Source: Candidatus Undinarchaeota archaeon (GTDB lineage: Archaea; Undinarchaeota; Undinarchaeia; Undinarchaeales; UBA543). Taken from it: a stretch of 64,000 nucleotides of DNA. Below the pieces are notes generated by a model, which saw nothing but the letters and a program-made list of their open reading frames with translations, was not told the DNA's origin and searched no databases. Positions 58,251 through 64,000 of this stretch are shown one piece after another. The translations under genes were made by a program, and so were the position numbers. Each line of letters starts with the position of its first letter. Positions within the stretch are counted from its first letter, which is position 1. Location: the NCBI GenBank assembly GCA_964636545.1, contig CAZWSR010000004.1, positions 1-64,000 of the forward strand, in the 5' to 3' direction.

Positions 58251-58452
58251 TGGTATTCACTTCTATGAATTTTTCAAACGAACGGTCGTATGTTGCTTCT
58301 ATTTCAGATGTAAAACAGCACGCCGGTAGCTCTTTTCTAGAGCGGTGGTACTGAAGACACTCACAGCATTTTCCTCTTCGTGAGCATCCAGGGTAAGTAC
58401 AATTGCACTGCTGTAAGTTCTTGTCAGTATTCGGACACTCCACTTCTCCCAC
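58225..58452 (-). CDS. Cys-rich small protein (DUF6485-like)
   Basis: CNCTY..C.R.GKCCEC..YH....ELPAC.F....E.TYDRS. Confidence 0.8.
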   Translation of the reverse strand: MGEVECPNTDKNLQQCNCTYPGCSRRGKCCECLQYHRSRKELPACCFTSEIEATYDRSFEKFIEVNTNDSKNNQL

Positions 58453-58521
58453 CAGTCTGAGATTGAACCTAATCCCTTATAAGTTTTTATTCAGTTGAGA
58501 GGATAAAAGAAATTTGAGAAA

Positions 58522-58574
58522 GGGATCAGGCAACAGGTATCAGGCCTGATACCCGACCCACGATACCTGATACC
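58522..58574. repeat. Heptad imperfect palindrome, family 2
   Basis: gggatca ggcaaca ggtatca ggcc tgatacc cgaccca cgatacc tgatacc. Confidence 0.85.
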
Positions 58575-58624
58575 TTCGTCATACATAAATTACTTTTATA
58601 AACCACAACTTACTATGTTTCTTG

Positions 58625-59782
58625 ATGAATATCCTACTAACAATTGCCATAGTATTATTTTTTGCAAAAGTAGGTGGATTTATCGCTAAAAGACTAGGAC
58701 AGAGCAGTGATGTTGGAGAGATTATTGTAGGAATGATACTTGGTCCTGGCTTGCTTGGAATATTCACACCAACAGAGTTTTTTCATCATTTTGCAGATAT
58801 TGGCATTGTCCTCCTTATGTTTTTAATGGGTTTAGAATTTGATATGAAAGCTTTTGAAAGGTTTTTGAAAGGTGGAATAATGACTGGGCTCTTTGGTGCA
58901 TTTGTTCCATTTTTCGCAGGAATAATACTGGGTTCTTCAGTTTTTGGCTGGTCAGCAACAACTAGCTTTGTGTTTGGAACAATAATGATGGCAACAAGTG
59001 TTAGTGTTGCAATGACTGTGTTGGAAGAAGTGAAAAAGCTCAGAAGTGAATCAACATATACAATCGTAGATGCTGCAATTGTTGATGATGTTCTTGGTGT
59101 TGGAATGCTCACAATTGTACTTGGGTTAATTTCTAAAAGCACACCTTCTGCATTTACATTTGGTTTGCTTGGTTTAGAAATGATAGCATTCTTTGCATTT
59201 GTTCTGCTCCTTGGTCCAAGAATCTCAGACCTTGTACTTAAATTTGGAAAATATTTAGATCTTAGAGTAAAAGAAGGTCACTTATCAACAATTCTCATAA
59301 TTCTATTTGCAACAACATTTATTGCACATTACATTGGACTTTCAATTATCATTGGAGCATTTTTAGCAGGAACAATTTTCAAGAAAGCACATATTAAAAA
59401 AATACAGCACGAAGTTTACAGTATGACATATGGCCTATTCATACCGATTTTCTTTGTGTTTGTTGGAAGTTTCCTTAACCCAGCTGTTTTAATAGAATAT
59501 TGGTATTTCATATTTTTGATTGTTCTTGTAGCAATGATTAGTAAATTCATAGGATCGTTTTTTGGAGCAATATTATCTGGACTAACAAAGAAAAGCTCAA
59601 TAGCTGTTGGTTTAGGAATGATGGGAAAATGTGAAGTTTCTCTTGTTATTGCAGTGCTTGCACACAATTTAGGAGTATTTCCAGAAAATGTTTACACAGT
59701 AGTAGTAACTTCAGTTGTATTAATCATGATATTAACTCCAATTATTTTTGGACAATATATGAAGAGGGCTCTTCCTAGATGA
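58625..59782 (+). CDS. Cation:proton antiporter (CPA2/NapA-like)
   Basis: GEI..G.ILGP, LMF..GLE, ATS, AA..DD, GAF.AG. Confidence 0.92.
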   Translation: MNILLTIAIVLFFAKVGGFIAKRLGQSSDVGEIIVGMILGPGLLGIFTPTEFFHHFADIGIVLLMFLMGLEFDMKAFERFLKGGIMTGLFGAFVPFFAGIILGSSVFGWSATTSFVFGTIMMATSVSVAMTVLEEVKKLRSESTYTIVDAAIVDDVLGVGMLTIVLGLISKSTPSAFTFGLLGLEMIAFFAFVLLLGPRISDLVLKFGKYLDLRVKEGHLSTILIILFATTFIAHYIGLSIIIGAFLAGTIFKKAHIKKIQHEVYSMTYGLFIPIFFVFVGSFLNPAVLIEYWYFIFLIVLVAMISKFIGSFFGAILSGLTKKSSIAVGLGMMGKCEVSLVIAVLAHNLGVFPENVYTVVVTSVVLIMILTPIIFGQYMKRALPR

Positions 59783-62469
59783 ATTATAAATACTCCTCAA
59801 ATAAGACAGAGCAAGTCTTGGGGAAACTAGAAACAACAAAGAAAGGACTTTCAGAATTTGAGGCAAATAAACGATTTAGAGCACATGGGCCAAATGAATT
59901 AAAAGAAGGTAAAAAAGACACAAAACTCAAGATTTTTTTCAGACAATTCAAAAGCACCTTAGTTGTAATATTAATTTTTGCAGCAATTGTATCAGCGGCA
60001 GTTGGTTTTTACAGTAAAGATCCTGAAGGAATTATTGACACAGGAGTCATTGTTTTAATAATTCTACTTAATTCTATTCTTGGTTTTGTGCAAGAGTACC
60101 GAGCAGAAAAAGCAATGGAAGCACTAAAGAAAATGTCAGCCCCAAAAGCAACTGTAATAAGAAGTAATATACGCAGAAGGATTTCTTCAAGAAGTTTGGT
60201 GCCAGGAGATATTGTAATTCTTGCAACAGGAGACCGAGTTCCTGCAGATATTAGATTAATTGATTGCACTAATCTCACTGTTGATGAATCTGCGCTCACA
60301 GGAGAGTCGGTTCCAGCTCACAAGAACACGCAAACACTTGCAAGAGATGTAACATCAATTGCAGAGCTTAGCAATATTGTGTTTATGAATACAACAGTTG
60401 CAACTGGACGCGCAATAGGTGTTGTGATTGAAACTGGAATGAAAACACAAATGGGCTTAATTGCGAAAATGATTCAGAAAGCACCAGATAAAGAAACCCC
60501 ATTGCAGAAAAAGCTTGGGGAAATTGGAAAATTTCTTGGAATTGCAACTTTGATTATTTGTACATTAGTTTTTGGTGTTGAAATGCTACGAGGTGGTGCA
60601 TTGATTCCAGTATTTATGATAGCAATCAGCTTAGCTGTTGCTGCGGTTCCAGAAGGTTTGCCCGCAGTTGTTACAATAACATTGGCAATGGGTTTGCAGA
60701 AAATGGCTCACAGGAACGCAATTGTAAAGCGGCTTCCAGCTGTAGAAACTCTTGGTTCAACTAATGTTATTTGCACAGACAAAACAGGAACTTTGACAAA
60801 GAATCAGATGACTGTGCGTGAAGCATACTTAAATGGAAACACAGTTGAGATTACTGGAACTGGTTATGAACCAGAAGGAAAAATAAAACTATTAGACAAA
60901 GCAACAAAAAAAGAACAAGAGCATTTGGAATTATTTTTAAAAGCAGGTGTACTTTGTAATGACTCATATTTACAAGAAGTTAAAGGGAAATGGAAAATGC
61001 AAGGAGACCCAACAGAAGGTTGTTTGCTTACACTAGCTGTAAAAGGGGGATTTAATTTATCAAAACTTAATAAAGAATATCCAAGAATACACGAATTTGA
61101 ATTTAATTCAACAAGAAAGCGAATGACTACAATACATGAACATGAGAATAGGCTTGTTGCATTTTCAAAAGGCGCTCCTGAAATGATTTTGAATAGGTGC
61201 TCTTTTTATTATGATGCTGGCAAGAAAAAAAGATTAACTAAGAAGAAAAGAGAGGAAATAATTGAGAATATTAATGGAATGGCAGAGCGCGCATTGCGAG
61301 TTCTTGCACTGGCATATAAAAAACTTCCAAAAAAAACAAAATTCAAAGCAGATAAAATAGAAGACAAATTAATTTTTGTTGGTCTTGCTGGAATGATAGA
61401 CCCCCCTCGTGAAGAAGTAAAAGAAGCAATTAAAACTTGCAAAACAGCGTGCATACGAACAATAATGGTGACTGGTGACCATCATGAAACAGCAATTGCA
61501 ATTGGAAAAGAAATTGGTTTGTTCAAAGAAGGAGAACTTGCAATTGATGGGGAAGAATTGGAGCGAATGAGTGAAAAGAAACTTGGTAAAATAATAGAAA
61601 AAGTCTCAATTTTCTCAAGAGTTTCACCAGAACACAAGGTTAGGATACTCAAAGCATTGCAGGGAAAAGGATATGTGGTTGCAATGACAGGTGATGGTGT
61701 AAATGACGCACCTGCCTTGAAAAACTCAGACATTGGTGTGTCAATGAGCATAACTGGAACTGATGTTGCTAAAGGAGCAGCAGATATGGTTCTAGAAGAT
61801 GATAATTTTGCGACAATTGTGCATGCAGTTGAAGAAGGACGTTCAATATATGACAATATTCGAAAATTCTTGCATTTTCTCTTAATGAGTAATGGAGCAG
61901 AAGTGTTGATAGTATTTATTGCAGCATTGATTGGAATGCCGCTGCCATTGCTCGCAGTTCAATTATTGTGGATAAATTTACTTACTGACGGCTTACCAGC
62001 AGTAGCATTAGCTATGGATCCACCAGCTATTGGGATAATGAAAAGAGACCCACGAAAATCAAAAGAAAATACAATATCTCGTTCAATGATACAAAGTATC
62101 CTATTCGCTTCTGTGCTTATGTGTATTGCAACTCTTGGTTTGTTCAAATGGGTGTTGTATAATGGAATGCCAGAAGCACAAGCAAGAACAGTTGCCTTAG
62201 CTGTATTGATTGTGCTTGAAATGGTTAGTGTGCAGATAGTACGTGGCCGTTATAATGTAAAATGGAATTCCAATAAGTGGGTGTGGCTTGCAATATTACT
62301 GTCACTTGGACTAATGATAGCAATAATATACATGCCAATGTTGCAGACATTGTTCCACACAGTAGCGCTTCCATTGTCAATTTGGCCTTGGATAATTGGA
62401 ATATCCGCAATAGTTTATATAGTGATAATCAGTAAGCAGTTTATTGAAAAAAGAATAAAATGGAAATGA
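59779..62469 (+). CDS. P-type IIA Ca2+-transporting ATPase
   Basis: TGES, PEGLP, DKTGTLT, GDGVNDAP, LWINL.TD. Confidence 0.96.
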   Translation: MNYKYSSNKTEQVLGKLETTKKGLSEFEANKRFRAHGPNELKEGKKDTKLKIFFRQFKSTLVVILIFAAIVSAAVGFYSKDPEGIIDTGVIVLIILLNSILGFVQEYRAEKAMEALKKMSAPKATVIRSNIRRRISSRSLVPGDIVILATGDRVPADIRLIDCTNLTVDESALTGESVPAHKNTQTLARDVTSIAELSNIVFMNTTVATGRAIGVVIETGMKTQMGLIAKMIQKAPDKETPLQKKLGEIGKFLGIATLIICTLVFGVEMLRGGALIPVFMIAISLAVAAVPEGLPAVVTITLAMGLQKMAHRNAIVKRLPAVETLGSTNVICTDKTGTLTKNQMTVREAYLNGNTVEITGTGYEPEGKIKLLDKATKKEQEHLELFLKAGVLCNDSYLQEVKGKWKMQGDPTEGCLLTLAVKGGFNLSKLNKEYPRIHEFEFNSTRKRMTTIHEHENRLVAFSKGAPEMILNRCSFYYDAGKKKRLTKKKREEIIENINGMAERALRVLALAYKKLPKKTKFKADKIEDKLIFVGLAGMIDPPREEVKEAIKTCKTACIRTIMVTGDHHETAIAIGKEIGLFKEGELAIDGEELERMSEKKLGKIIEKVSIFSRVSPEHKVRILKALQGKGYVVAMTGDGVNDAPALKNSDIGVSMSITGTDVAKGAADMVLEDDNFATIVHAVEEGRSIYDNIRKFLHFLLMSNGAEVLIVFIAALIGMPLPLLAVQLLWINLLTDGLPAVALAMDPPAIGIMKRDPRKSKENTISRSMIQSILFASVLMCIATLGLFKWVLYNGMPEAQARTVALAVLIVLEMVSVQIVRGRYNVKWNSNKWVWLAILLSLGLMIAIIYMPMLQTLFHTVALPLSIWPWIIGISAIVYIVIISKQFIEKRIKWK

Positions 62470-63392
62470 TATTGGCTGTGCCACTCTTAATTATTGGATT
62501 TGTTATTTTACTGAAAGGCGCAGATTGGTTTGTTGATAGTGCTGCCACAATTGCAGGGGCACTCGGAGTTAGCAAATTTGTTATTGGATTCACACTTGTT
62601 GCTTTTGGAACATCTTTGCCTGAAATGGCGGTGTCAGTTGTTGCATCTTTTGCTGGAAAGAGCGCAATAGCCGCAGGAAATGTAGTTGGATCAAATATTG
62701 CAAATATCGGACTTGTTATGGGTGCAGCAGCGTTATTTTTTACAATAAAGATTAAGAAAAGTGATTTTAAGAACGGGGCAATAATGTTTCTTGTGTCTGT
62801 TTTGTGTTTTCTGTTGATGTGGGGTGGAGTTGGCAGAGTTGAAGGATTTGTTCTTTTTGCATGTTTAGCAGTTTACATAAAATACTTGATATCAAAAGAA
62901 AAAAGCACAAAACATCATCATTCAAAAAAGCAACTTGGACACAGCATTATGTTTACAGTAATTGGCTTGCTTGGAGTAATAATCGGAAGTAAACTACTTG
63001 TAAATTCTGCAATAACAATAGCTGAATTTTTTGGACTATCAGAAATTGTAATAGGAATGACAATTGTAGCTCTTGGAACATCATTGCCCGAGCTAGTTAC
63101 TTCACTTGTAGCTGCAAAGAAAGGAATGCAAGAGATTGCAATTGGAAACATAATTGGCAGTAATATGTTCAATATCTCTGCAGTTCTTGGTTTATCTGCA
63201 CTTGTTAAGCCAATTGCAGCAATACCGCGCTTGTTTAGAGTAGATATGCCAATAATGCTTGTAATAACTGCAGTAATGCTCACCTTTTTGTGGAAGAGTA
63301 AGAAGATTACTTATTGGCAAGGCGGATTGTTAGTAGCAATGTATGTTGGATTTATACTTTCACAATTTGGTGTTTGGGCACTTATTTTTTAA
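62460..63392 (+). CDS. Ca2+/Na+ antiporter (YrbG/CaCA)
   Basis: Two GTSLPE and GN..GSN alpha repeats. Confidence 0.95.
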   Translation: MEMILAVPLLIIGFVILLKGADWFVDSAATIAGALGVSKFVIGFTLVAFGTSLPEMAVSVVASFAGKSAIAAGNVVGSNIANIGLVMGAAALFFTIKIKKSDFKNGAIMFLVSVLCFLLMWGGVGRVEGFVLFACLAVYIKYLISKEKSTKHHHSKKQLGHSIMFTVIGLLGVIIGSKLLVNSAITIAEFFGLSEIVIGMTIVALGTSLPELVTSLVAAKKGMQEIAIGNIIGSNMFNISAVLGLSALVKPIAAIPRLFRVDMPIMLVITAVMLTFLWKSKKITYWQGGLLVAMYVGFILSQFGVWALIF

Positions 63393-63431
63393 TAGAAAAC
63401 TATTAAATACTCAAAATTCCTTTAAGAAAAC

Positions 63432-64000
63432 ATGAATGGATATTATGTTATATTGATATTGTTGGCAATGGTCATTGGTGGCATGAAATACTTGAAAAAG
63501 AAAAAAGGATTCAAGGTCACAGGTCCGCTTGTACTTTTTAGAACAAAGCATGGCGTCAGGATTATAGGGAAAATTGCAAATGCTTGCCCAAGATTTTGGA
63601 AAGGGTTTTCAACATTCGGAGTGGTATTTTGTTTTGCTGCAATGGGATATATTTTCTATGCGCTTTTGAAGAATACACTTAAATTTTTCTCAACACCAGA
63701 TATGGCGGCAGGAGCTATTCCAGTAATACCAGGAGTTACAATACCATTTTGGGCTGGAGTAATTGGTTTAATCACAGTTTTGGTATTTCATGAATTTTCA
63801 CACGGAATCGTTGCAATTGCAGAGAAAATAAAAGTTAAAAATGTTGGAATTGCATCACTTGGTTTCTTGCCAATTGGAGCTTTTGTTGAGCCAAATGAAA
63901 AGCAATTAAAGAAAAAGAAAACTCATTCGCAACTTCGAATGTATGCAGCAGGCTCATTTATGAATTTCATTATTGGAGGACTGACATTGGTATTACTTTT
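63432..64000 (+). CDS. Site-2 protease (M50), 3'-truncated by the window edge
   Basis: My translation shows PVIPGVT, HEFSHG, GAFVEP and YAAG...N. Confidence 0.9.
   Translation, partial: MNGYYVILILLAMVIGGMKYLKKKKGFKVTGPLVLFRTKHGVRIIGKIANACPRFWKGFSTFGVVFCFAAMGYIFYALLKNTLKFFSTPDMAAGAIPVIPGVTIPFWAGVIGLITVLVFHEFSHGIVAIAEKIKVKNVGIASLGFLPIGAFVEPNEKQLKKKKTHSQLRMYAAGSFMNFIIGGLTLVLL

Noticed and set aside
6073-63283. Numerous short antisense or alternate-frame ORFs inside housekeeping genes
   Set aside because: Shadow ORFs of well-supported genes, with no motifs.

Overview
Archaeal chromosomal core region, AT-rich, standard genetic code. The split rpoB and rpoA, class III pilin and Ig-like surface proteins suggest a DPANN-like lineage (inference). 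It contains the SRP RNA, a stand-alone 5S rRNA and 10 tRNA genes (Met-CAT and Tyr-GTA carry BHB introns). Protein genes include the S10/spc ribosomal superoperon (rpl3 to secY-EMC3-cmk-cbf5), the RNA polymerase-nusA-str operon, tRNA modification enzymes, a folate/ThyX dTMP module and cation transporters. Most notable non-standard signals: (1) dispersed imperfect hairpins built from 7-nt units in three sequence flavours, one copy enclosing a four-helix-bundle (IVS/Avd-like) gene while the others are empty; (2) a tRNA-Met intron with a CUGA box, a K-turn and a guide positioned to target its own wobble C34; (3) an intergenic array of GAA-loop hairpins with compensatory changes next to an AT-rich tract; (4) two unannotated Cys-rich microproteins flanking an acidic protein; (5) a structured rpl3 leader. 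All calls are by eye; no database searches were run.
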